The notes below the pieces were generated by a model. That model did no database searches. It saw only the letters and a list, made by a program, of their open reading frames with translations, and was not told the DNA's origin. The position numbers and the translations under genes are program-made. Below are positions 17,370-26,148 of a stretch of DNA of 64,000 bases, in pieces. The first letter of the stretch is position 1; every line of letters starts with the position of its first letter. Location of the stretch: the NCBI GenBank assembly GCA_016214755.1, contig JACRNX010000031.1, forward strand, positions 18,020-82,019. Reading direction: 5' to 3'. The DNA is from Candidatus Falkowbacteria bacterium (lineage in GTDB: Bacteria; Patescibacteriota; Patescibacteriia; UBA11705; JABHMO01).

Positions 17370-18488
17370 TTATTTCGTCCATTCAAGATTTTCGACAGCC
17401 GCCTTGTCAACATAATGGCTAATTTGCGAATTAGCGAAATCGAACATATTTACGCCGCCGAAATAAAAACGCCGATACCAATCCACTGTCAATTTGATTG
17501 TCTCTTCAAAGCCAAGAATCGCGCGCCAATGCAGTTCATTAAGCGCTTTGTCGCAATTTAATTTTAATAAAGTGCATTCTTTCTGTTCTAGGTTTTCCGT
17601 CTCTTGCCGAAAATTTCCTTGACCCCAATGCTTGATGATTTCTTTGACCATTTCAGAAACAGGTTGGATAACCTTATTGTCTGGTCCGAAATTATATGCT
17701 TGCCCGTCATGGCGCGTCGGCTCAATAATTAATTGACGTCCAAGCCATAAATAACCGCTAAGCGGTTCGAGAACATGTTGCCACGGCCGCGTCGCTCTCG
17801 GCGATCGAATGTTAATGATTTCATTCCGACTTAACGAACGTATGCAATCCGGCACGATGCGATCCTCCGCCCAATCGCCGCCGCCAATGACATTGCCGGC
17901 GCGCGTGGTAGCGATGTTCAAGTTCGGATTATTTTTAAAAAATGAGAATTGATACGAACGGCAAGCGATCTCAACGCACGCCTTTGACGCGCTGTACGGG
18001 TCGTCGCCGCCGAGCTCATCGTCTTCGCGATAGCCCCACGCCCATTCTTTATTACGATAGCTTTTGTCGCTCGTAATCACGACCACGGCTTTGATGCAGG
18101 GAGCGTCTTTAACGCATTCAAGCAAATTGACCGCTCCCATTAAATTTGATTCAAATGTCAAACGCGGTTCTTTGAAGGATTTTTTGACAATGGGCTGGGC
18201 CGCCAGATGGAAAATTATTTCCGGTTGGAATTCCATGATCGCGCGCCGTAAAGCGGCCAAATCGCGAGTGTCGTTTTCGTAATGTTTGATTTTATTTTGC
18301 AAATCTAAAACTTGGAAATTGCACGGCGACGACGGCAGGTAAGCCGAATAACCGGCTACCTTGGCGCCAAGCCCCAGCAACCATAAAGCCAACCACGAAC
18401 CTTTAAATCCAGTGTGGCCGGTGATCAGCACGCGCTTGTTTTGATAAATGCCGCCGAATAAATTCAATTGATTTACCATATTTTCCAT
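17370..18488 (-). CDS. rfbG: CDP-glucose 4,6-dehydratase
   Basis: Motifs TGHTGFKGSWL, HLAAQP, TSDK, DPYSASK, RAGNVIGGGDW and RPWQHVLEPL. An alternative start is 18479. Confidence 0.95.
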   Translation of the reverse strand: MENMVNQLNLFGGIYQNKRVLITGHTGFKGSWLALWLLGLGAKVAGYSAYLPSSPCNFQVLDLQNKIKHYENDTRDLAALRRAIMEFQPEIIFHLAAQPIVKKSFKEPRLTFESNLMGAVNLLECVKDAPCIKAVVVITSDKSYRNKEWAWGYREDDELGGDDPYSASKACVEIACRSYQFSFFKNNPNLNIATTRAGNVIGGGDWAEDRIVPDCIRSLSRNEIINIRSPRATRPWQHVLEPLSGYLWLGRQLIIEPTRHDGQAYNFGPDNKVIQPVSEMVKEIIKHWGQGNFRQETENLEQKECTLLKLNCDKALNELHWRAILGFEETIKLTVDWYRRFYFGGVNMFDFANSQISHYVDKAAVENLEWTK

Positions 18489-19237
18489 TTGGCTTGATTA
18501 TTGTTCCAAAGGTCGTTTAAAAATTTATAGTCACGGTACGTATCCATGCATTGCCAAAATCCATCGTGTTTGTACATTGCCACTTGTTTTTCCGCGGCTA
18601 TTTTCTGCATCGGCTCAACTTCCCATTCGCAATCGCCGTCTATGTAATTTAACGCGTCGCGATTTATGACAAAAAATCCGCCGTTGATATATGATTCCAG
18701 TTGTTTTTTCTCGCTCCAGCCCACGATTTCGCCGTTGATGTCAGTTTCAATCGTAGCGAAACGGGAAATTGGATGAATGCCCGTGAAAGTTACTTTTTTC
18801 CCGTGCGCGTTGTGGAAATCAACTAGATTTTTAATGTTTATGTCAGCAACGCCGTCGCCATATGTCAGCATAAACTTATCAGTAGTAATGTGCGGAGCGA
18901 CGATTTTTAGCCGGCCGCCTTTTTTTGTTTCTTGTCCGGTGTTAACTAACGTTACATTCCAATTTTCCGAATGATTATCGTGATAATACAGCCCTTGCTG
19001 ATTCAGGTTAATCGTGAAACTGGAATTCAAATGCGCGTAACGCATAAAATAATCCTTGATAATTTCTTGCTTGTAGCCGAGGCATAAAATGAAATCATTA
19101 TAGCCATAATGGGCGTATAGTTTCATTATATGCCAGACAATCGGCCGATCGCCGATTTTAATCATTGGTTTCGGCTTGTCATCGGTTTCTTCGCGAATGC
19201 GCATTCCTTGGCCGCCGCATAAAATTACGACCTTCAT
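18473..19237 (-). CDS. rfbF: glucose-1-phosphate cytidylyltransferase
   Basis: Motifs ILCGGQGMRI, KPMIKIG, LTYGDGVAD, INGGFF and GFWQCMDT. Confidence 0.95.
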   Translation of the reverse strand: MKVVILCGGQGMRIREETDDKPKPMIKIGDRPIVWHIMKLYAHYGYNDFILCLGYKQEIIKDYFMRYAHLNSSFTINLNQQGLYYHDNHSENWNVTLVNTGQETKKGGRLKIVAPHITTDKFMLTYGDGVADINIKNLVDFHNAHGKKVTFTGIHPISRFATIETDINGEIVGWSEKKQLESYINGGFFVINRDALNYIDGDCEWEVEPMQKIAAEKQVAMYKHDGFWQCMDTYRDYKFLNDLWNNNQAKWKIW

Positions 19238-19238
19238 A

Positions 19239-20378
19239 TTAGTTTTGATTAAAAAATAATTTTATTTTCTCAATTATATAATTTTGCTGATCGTCTGAAA
19301 TGCCGGGATGAAGCGGAATACTTAAAAGTTCAGAGTAAATCTGTTCGGTCGCAGGCAATTTAGTGGCGCCAGCGCCGTAATATGTCAACAAATGATTGGG
19401 CAAATAATGGACGCCGCATTCAATGTTACAATCAATTAAGTATTGACGCAAATTATCTCGCTGACTATTTAAAATTCGTATTGGAAAAATGTGCGGGACA
19501 ATGGCGTCAAAATCGTTTTGGAATAATTTCACGCCGGGAATTTCTTTAAACGCATTAAAATAATTTTTTGCCAAAACTTGTCTCTTCGGTTTAAATTCAA
19601 GCTCCAGCCGTTCAAGCTGAACTAGTCCAATAGCGGCGAACAAATTGCTCATGTGATAACGGAATCCTTGATTTTTCACGTCAAATTCCCAACTGCGTTG
19701 GCCGGAATATCTTTTTTCCGTGTCTTTTTGCACGCCCAACAAGCGCGCGTCCTTGATGTATCGCAATACATTCCCGTCGTCGGTTACGATCGCGCCGCCT
19801 TCGCCGGACGTGATATTTTTTATGCCGTCAAAGCTGAAACAAATTATATCGCCGAATGAAGCGATTTTTTTATTGTTATAAATGGAGCCAAAAGCGTGCG
19901 CCGCGTCTTCCACCACGCGTAATTTATGTTTTTCCGCGAACTTATATATAACGTCGAGGTCGCCCGGCCGGCTGGCGTAGTGAACGGGCAAAATAACTTT
20001 GGTTTTTTCCGTTATCCTTTTTTCCGCGTCCGCTAAATCAATAGTGCACGTTTCTGGAACAATTTCACACGCGACTGGTTTGAGTCCGGCCGCGGTAATC
20101 GCCTGAAATGTCGCCACGAATGTCAATGACTGCACCAGCACTTCGCTATCAGGCGCCAATCCAAGCGCGGCCAGTCCCAAATGAATGGCGGCGGTGCCGG
20201 AATTAACGCAAACAACTTCTTTTTTTGTTTCAAGATATTCTTGAATTTTTCGTTCAAAGGACTGGACGTGCTTGCCCATGCCGAGATAGCCGTCTTCAAT
20301 TATAACACGCCTCACCGCCTCTGCTTCCTGTTCGCCGACAATAGATTTTGACAAACGGATTTTATCTGCTTCGTTCAT
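19239..20378 (-). CDS. DegT/DnrJ/EryC1 sugar aminotransferase
   Basis: Motifs NSGTAAIH, EDAAHAFG and SFDGIKNITSGEGG. Confidence 0.93.
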   Translation of the reverse strand: MNEADKIRLSKSIVGEQEAEAVRRVIIEDGYLGMGKHVQSFERKIQEYLETKKEVVCVNSGTAAIHLGLAALGLAPDSEVLVQSLTFVATFQAITAAGLKPVACEIVPETCTIDLADAEKRITEKTKVILPVHYASRPGDLDVIYKFAEKHKLRVVEDAAHAFGSIYNNKKIASFGDIICFSFDGIKNITSGEGGAIVTDDGNVLRYIKDARLLGVQKDTEKRYSGQRSWEFDVKNQGFRYHMSNLFAAIGLVQLERLELEFKPKRQVLAKNYFNAFKEIPGVKLFQNDFDAIVPHIFPIRILNSQRDNLRQYLIDCNIECGVHYLPNHLLTYYGAGATKLPATEQIYSELLSIPLHPGISDDQQNYIIEKIKLFFNQN

Positions 20379-21669
20379 ATATATATGTTCCTCGCGAGGT
20401 TTTATTAAGCCGCTGTAAAGCGTTAAGCAAAATATGTTTTGGCTTTACGCGGCTATGGGTTGGGATGCTGACAATTTGTTTAGTAATTCTTTCGGCATTT
20501 GGACAGGAGCCAACAGTATAGCCGATGTCTGCAAAATTTGATGAGCGACAGCCGGCGACCGTGGTGAACCAAATACCAAAATCATAGTATTTCTCCAAGT
20601 CGCGGATAAAATCGTCACGATTTTCAACTAATATCGGATAGCGGAGCCAAACACAGTCAAGCTCTTCGTTTTTGAATAATTTTTCATTGACTTCGGTTAT
20701 ATTTTCAAACTCATTGGCGATTCTTTTTCGATCAGCGAGATTTTCAGTTAAGCTGTCCAATTGAGAAATTCCAATTTGACTATGAACATTGGATAAACGC
20801 GCTGGAAACGGATAAGCCGTTGGTTTGGTCAATTTTAAATAATCCGTAATGAACATCGCTATTTTGGTTTTTACCAAAAGAGACAAAAACGACTTACTTA
20901 ACCAATAAACTCGCGGGTGCGTTAAACAATGAAAAATCGCGTATGTGAGAATTTGTCGTCTAATTTGCCAAGAAGATAAAAATTTTGATTCATTATATAT
21001 AATTTCTAATTTTTGCGTTAATGCCGCATCATTACTGACGGCCAGGCCGCCGATGCCAGTGGAGATTACTTTAGTATGGTCGGTGGAAAAGAATGAGGCG
21101 TATCCAAGCGTCCCAACCGGACGGCCTTTTTCTTTCCCGCCGAGCGCGTGCGCACAATCTTCAATTACGGGAATGCCATATTTTTTCCCGATTTCAATTA
21201 TTTCATCAATTAGACACGGAACGCCAAAAGTATGTTGCGCGATGACGGCTCTGGTTCTGGGCGATATTTTCGCCTCCAAATCCTTGGGCTCGGGTCCGAA
21301 CCGTTCCGACTCAATATCGCAGTAAATCGGTTTAGCGCCGGCGTAAATAATCGCGTTCGGAACCACCACGCAGGTGAACGCGGGAATAATGACTTCATCG
21401 CCTGGTCCAATGTTTAGCACTTTCAAAATCGCGTAAAGCGCCATTCGGCCGGTGGAAAAGCTAAAGCATTTTCGAACACCAAGATATTCGGCAAATTTTC
21501 TTTCGTAAACGTCAATTTCAGGGCCGATAGTTAAGCGTTTGCTGAACACGGCGCGCAAGGCGTCGCGAATTTCTCTGTTTGACGTGGTGCCGGAGAAAAT
21601 ATTTGTTTGGAAAAAGCGCTTACGAATAAAAATTTCATTTAATAAATTCAAGGTCGTTTTTACGAACAT
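20362..21669 (-). CDS. DegT-family PLP enzyme (long variant)
   Basis: Motifs STGRMAL, IPAFTCVVV, EDCAHALG and FSTDHTK. Start moved to ATG 21669 to avoid overlap with the upstream gene. Confidence 0.85.
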   Translation of the reverse strand: MFVKTTLNLLNEIFIRKRFFQTNIFSGTTSNREIRDALRAVFSKRLTIGPEIDVYERKFAEYLGVRKCFSFSTGRMALYAILKVLNIGPGDEVIIPAFTCVVVPNAIIYAGAKPIYCDIESERFGPEPKDLEAKISPRTRAVIAQHTFGVPCLIDEIIEIGKKYGIPVIEDCAHALGGKEKGRPVGTLGYASFFSTDHTKVISTGIGGLAVSNDAALTQKLEIIYNESKFLSSWQIRRQILTYAIFHCLTHPRVYWLSKSFLSLLVKTKIAMFITDYLKLTKPTAYPFPARLSNVHSQIGISQLDSLTENLADRKRIANEFENITEVNEKLFKNEELDCVWLRYPILVENRDDFIRDLEKYYDFGIWFTTVAGCRSSNFADIGYTVGSCPNAERITKQIVSIPTHSRVKPKHILLNALQRLNKTSRGTYIYERSR

Positions 21670-21685
21670 AATATCTTCCTCGTCA

Positions 21686-24109
21686 TTATTGAAAAAACAG
21701 TTCTCGGTAGCGCGCTTGGTATTCGACAAACACCCTGTTACCTTTCTCGTCAAATTTTTCAGCGCGTTTTATGTTTTCCCATTCATCCCTGGAAAATTTA
21801 ACATATAACGGAAATGTTCGCTGAAGACCTTTTAACTCTTCGTAGCTTAACGGTTGATTTCTTAACGGCACGCTGTCAAGCAGTTGATAAACTTTGTCTT
21901 GCGGCGTTAAATAACCTTTCTCAAGACAAAATTTATGTATTTGCGTCCCTTTGTACGGCGTCATTAAATAGCAATTCATCGTACGCGGATTGATTAAACG
22001 GTTGAATTCTATGGTGTCAAATATCAGCTCGCGCGTCTCTTCAGGAAATCCAATGATATTATTAACAGTGTATGATAGGCCGAATTTTTCGACGATTTTC
22101 AGCGCGTTTAGCATTAATTCGTTCGTGCAATGCCGATTAAGCATTCTGGCGCGAAATTGTTCATTGCCGTGCTCAACGCCAAATTGCATGCTGTCGCAAC
22201 CCATCTCCTTCAATATTTTTATTTTTTCTTCGGTGACCGTCTCTGGTCTTGATTGGCACCAAAATGGAATTTTGATTTCTTGATATAAATCAGAAATTTC
22301 TTTCAATTCTTCAACTGTCCTGGCGAGAAAAGATTCAGCGTTGAAATTAACATAGTCCGGATTATATTTGTGTACGAGATGTTTCATCTCGTCAATAATT
22401 TTTTTAGCGGATTTTTTGCGGTAGTATGCGCCGCATTGATTTTGTTGAAATAATTCTCTTAAACGCGGCGCTTCGCAATAAGTGCACGCGTACGGACAGC
22501 CGCGATCAAGTTCAAGATGGACCATGGTGTAGATTTTCCCGAACATCGGCCGGTAAAGCCGCTCTTTGCCGAATATATCAAAATCAATGACTGCGAGTTT
22601 GTCTAAATCAACAAGCGGCCGCAGCGGATTCTTTATAATTTCGCCGTCTGGCCGTTTTATCCATAAATTTTTAATATCGCAATAATTTTGCCCTCGCGCC
22701 ATTCGTTCGCAAAGTTCAACCAGCGCCTCCTCGCCCTCGCCGAGGCAGACGATATTAACAGAGTCGAGATTTATCACCTCTTCCGGCGAAAAGGTGGCAT
22801 AAACGCCGCCGGCGATAACAGGGACATGAAAATCTTTGATGGAATTGAGCAGCGCGCGGCCAAGTTCAAAAGTATCTTCAACTAACGTAATAGCGATTAA
22901 ATCTGGTTTATAATTTTCAACTTTCTGTTTCAAATCATCGCTGATATTCGTCTCTTTTAATTTTATGCCTGTCTTTTCATAGCTAAACGGTTTGACCTGC
23001 AACAACTCAACTTTTTTTAATTCAAAATTGATATTCTCGGTTTTATAAAAAGTGGTGTCAAAGACATCGGTCTCGATTCCCTTTTCTCTAAGGCAGGCGG
23101 ATAATTGACTGATATGCAGTGGAATTAGCGTCGCCATCATTGTGTTTGGATAAATAAACAAAACTTTGAATTTTTTTGAAGCTAAATTTGACTCGTTAAT
23201 ATTTACTGGCTGACTGGTTTTTATCAGCGGTTCTTGACAGCCAGATAATTCATGATGTATCTCTTCAAAACATTGGAGCAATCCCTGTCCCATATCCAAA
23301 TAAAACGAACTGATGTATTTTCGTCCAATCTTCGGATTGTATGAATACGGCGTCACCTGATAATGGTCTTCAGGGTTTTCCTGTCTGAACTCCATCGGGA
23401 ATTTATTGCCCAGCGCTTCATTAATCATGGTCAACATTTCTTTTGATTTTATCGGATGATGGCCGGACAAAATCACATGCTGGTTGATAAAGTTTTGTTC
23501 CAAAATTTCCACCGAGCACCTAGCCGCGTCTTCGACATGAATATATTCCCTCGTTTCTTCACCGCTGCCCCAGTATGAAATTTTTTGTTCTTGAATTATC
23601 TGCTTCAGCAAACGATAAATCGGATTGCTGTCGTCCGCGCGCGGACCGTACAATGAACCATAGCGCACGATCGTGTAAGGGATATTATATTTTTTTGAAT
23701 ATTCCTCAATATACGCCTCGCAGGCCTGTTTGCTGCTTTTATAAAATGAGCCGGCTTTACTATAAACGTAAACCGAAGAAGCAAAAATATAGCGCTCGAT
23801 TTCTTCGTCTTTTATGGATTCAAGAATATGAGCGTTTCCCAAAATATTGCTTTTTATCGTTTCGAGCGGCAAATTTGAAGCCCTGTCTAAATCGGCCAGT
23901 CCGGCGAAATTATAAACAGCCTTGGCTCCGCTGACAGTTTGCTTCACTTTTTCCAAATCCAAAATGTCGCCGATTATCATTGCTTGCCCTGATTTTAAAT
24001 ATTTTGATTCTTTTAAATCGAAAATCACTACCTGATGACCTTTATCGGTCAGCGCATCGGCGACATGGCTGCCGAGAAATCCAGAACCGCCGAAAACAAT
24101 CGCTTTCAT
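21686..24109 (-). CDS. fusion of an NAD-dependent NDP-sugar epimerase/dehydratase and a B12-binding radical SAM enzyme
   Basis: N-terminal GGSGFLGSH, YKSSK and RYGSLYGP. C-terminal B12 domain (VIAGGVYAT, GEGEEAL) and RGCPYACTYC. One continuous ORF; start set at MKAIVF. Confidence 0.88.
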   Translation of the reverse strand: MKAIVFGGSGFLGSHVADALTDKGHQVVIFDLKESKYLKSGQAMIIGDILDLEKVKQTVSGAKAVYNFAGLADLDRASNLPLETIKSNILGNAHILESIKDEEIERYIFASSVYVYSKAGSFYKSSKQACEAYIEEYSKKYNIPYTIVRYGSLYGPRADDSNPIYRLLKQIIQEQKISYWGSGEETREYIHVEDAARCSVEILEQNFINQHVILSGHHPIKSKEMLTMINEALGNKFPMEFRQENPEDHYQVTPYSYNPKIGRKYISSFYLDMGQGLLQCFEEIHHELSGCQEPLIKTSQPVNINESNLASKKFKVLFIYPNTMMATLIPLHISQLSACLREKGIETDVFDTTFYKTENINFELKKVELLQVKPFSYEKTGIKLKETNISDDLKQKVENYKPDLIAITLVEDTFELGRALLNSIKDFHVPVIAGGVYATFSPEEVINLDSVNIVCLGEGEEALVELCERMARGQNYCDIKNLWIKRPDGEIIKNPLRPLVDLDKLAVIDFDIFGKERLYRPMFGKIYTMVHLELDRGCPYACTYCEAPRLRELFQQNQCGAYYRKKSAKKIIDEMKHLVHKYNPDYVNFNAESFLARTVEELKEISDLYQEIKIPFWCQSRPETVTEEKIKILKEMGCDSMQFGVEHGNEQFRARMLNRHCTNELMLNALKIVEKFGLSYTVNNIIGFPEETRELIFDTIEFNRLINPRTMNCYLMTPYKGTQIHKFCLEKGYLTPQDKVYQLLDSVPLRNQPLSYEELKGLQRTFPLYVKFSRDEWENIKRAEKFDEKGNRVFVEYQARYRELFFQ

Positions 24110-24160
24110 ATTAATGATTTTAAAATATTTTCCGAAGGATATAGTCCTGCCCAATTGTTT

Positions 24161-26086
24161 CTATCGTTCGCGTAATACTTTTAATAACTCATCGCTATCA
24201 TTTATTAATCCGCCGCCTGTCGGATTGCCAAGCGTTTGCTTCAACGCGTTAATAAATATTTTCATCTGCTCGACATTGCCAATGCTGACGCGAATGCAAT
24301 CGCTGAGTGGGCAGTTCGCGACGCCGGATTTTATCAGGATTTTTTGTTCGCGCATTTTTTGTTCTAGCTGAACGCTTTTTTCATGACTGCCAACCTTGAT
24401 ATTGATAAAATTCGCGTAGCTTTTATGAAACGGCAGATTCATTTCCGCGAGCGACTTTTCCAAATATTCTTTTCCGGCGGCTGTCTCGCGCAAATTATTT
24501 TCGACGATCCGCGGATGATCAATAATATATTCCGCGAAACGGACGCCGAATGCGTTCGCTTCGTACATTGGCCGGACTTTGTGCAAGCATTCAATTATTT
24601 TTTCATTGCTGACGACAAAACCCAAACGGCCGGCGGCCAGCCCTTGAGCTTTGGAAAATGTTCTAGTTATCATTAAATTCGGATACTTCTTTATTAAATG
24701 AATCGCGGTTTGACTATAATATGGATAATACGCTTCATCTATTAAAACAATTACTCTGTTTGCGGCCGCGCGATTAATAATTTTTTCAAGCTCGGCCGGA
24801 GACAGGACCGTCCCGGTCGGACTGTTCGGATTCGCCAGACAAATTAATTTTGGCTTTTGAATTTCAATTTGATTGATGATTTTTTCCGTGTTAATGCACA
24901 ATCCGTCTTCATAATTAATCAAAATCGCTTTCGCCTGAAACATTTTTGTGTAAACGTCGTACATCGCGTATGTCGGCCAAAGCGTCATTACTTTATCATC
25001 CGGTTCCACAAAAATTTCAAAAGCCGCCTTTATTCCCGCGTCCGAGCCGGCCGTGATATATAAATATTCTTGGGCGACGCCTAAACTCTTGGCTGTCTTT
25101 TTATACAGCGCGTCTAGCTCGGGATAGGCGGAAATAAATTCCGGACTGATTAATCGTTTTATTTCGTCTAAAAATTCAGACGACATTGGTATTAAATTTT
25201 CGTTTTTGTCTAATCTTAAGTATTCTAAACGGCTTTGTTGAGGGTTTCCAACCCGAGTTAAATCCAGCAAATGTTTTTTTGTCGGCAATTTAAAATTTTT
25301 AAAATCGTATGGCGTCGCGCGTTCCGTAAAACCATGTTTATTCAACCAATAAACCACGCCCGGGATTTGCCATTCAAAATCAACATCGCAGCCACCCCAT
25401 TGTTTGAGAGGATAAATTTTTTGCCCCATCCATTTTTGCGGCAATAATCCGCTCGCGAGATTTTCCAAACAACGCGGCCGAACGATGGACACGCCCATAT
25501 CCGCGAACCAAACATCGCCTTGCGAATCGCGGTCGCAATTCAATGTTCTGGGGTCGCCGAATGTTTCAAACGCCACGAACGGCTCCAGCAATCCCTGGGA
25601 ATTTTCCCGGCGCGCGCGCAATGGGCTCCACATGTTGTATGGCGAAACCGTGACCGCTGAATCAAAATCCGGACGTTCCTTTAATACTGCGATCCCCTGG
25701 TCAATTGTTTCTGATAAAATTGTCGCTGCATTGCAAAAAAACAAAACAAGCAATTCAACTTCTTTGCCTTGTTGCCGATAAAATTCCTTGATGATTTGAT
25801 ACCCGTGCGCGAACGCGTCTTCGCCCAGCGCCTGCTTAGTCGCTAATTCAGCCGGCCGATTGATTATTTCCAGCCCATATTTTCGTCCAATCTCTTTGTA
25901 TTCCTCTGAATCAGTGGAAAAAAATATTTTGTCAACGTATTTTGAATTTAATCCAGCTATCATTGGATAAACCATAAGCGGCCGGCCTAACACTTGATAG
26001 GTATTTTTCCCGGGAAACCCGACACTGCCGGCTCTTCCGAGTAAAAGTCCGGCAATAATTCTATTGTTTTCTTTACTGTCCGACAT
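24161..26086 (-). CDS. fusion of a NeuA/KdsB-like cytidylyltransferase and a HisC/CobD-like class I/II PLP enzyme
   Basis: N-terminal GRAGSVGFPGKN, STD and RPAELA. C-terminal RLDKNEN, NPNSPTG, DEAY and RTFSKAQGLAAGRLG. Confidence 0.85.
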   Translation of the reverse strand: MSDSKENNRIIAGLLLGRAGSVGFPGKNTYQVLGRPLMVYPMIAGLNSKYVDKIFFSTDSEEYKEIGRKYGLEIINRPAELATKQALGEDAFAHGYQIIKEFYRQQGKEVELLVLFFCNAATILSETIDQGIAVLKERPDFDSAVTVSPYNMWSPLRARRENSQGLLEPFVAFETFGDPRTLNCDRDSQGDVWFADMGVSIVRPRCLENLASGLLPQKWMGQKIYPLKQWGGCDVDFEWQIPGVVYWLNKHGFTERATPYDFKNFKLPTKKHLLDLTRVGNPQQSRLEYLRLDKNENLIPMSSEFLDEIKRLISPEFISAYPELDALYKKTAKSLGVAQEYLYITAGSDAGIKAAFEIFVEPDDKVMTLWPTYAMYDVYTKMFQAKAILINYEDGLCINTEKIINQIEIQKPKLICLANPNSPTGTVLSPAELEKIINRAAANRVIVLIDEAYYPYYSQTAIHLIKKYPNLMITRTFSKAQGLAAGRLGFVVSNEKIIECLHKVRPMYEANAFGVRFAEYIIDHPRIVENNLRETAAGKEYLEKSLAEMNLPFHKSYANFINIKVGSHEKSVQLEQKMREQKILIKSGVANCPLSDCIRVSIGNVEQMKIFINALKQTLGNPTGGGLINDSDELLKVLRER

Positions 26087-26148
26087 AACTTTTTATTATC
26101 TAATCTTACACCTTTTTGCTTTTTTTCAAAAATAATTATCAACAGGCG

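Noticed and set aside
26090-26135. Possible internal promoter (TTGAAA...TAAGAT) upstream of the cytidylyltransferase fusion
   Set aside because: The spacer is only 15 nt in very AT-rich sequence, so it cannot be distinguished from chance.
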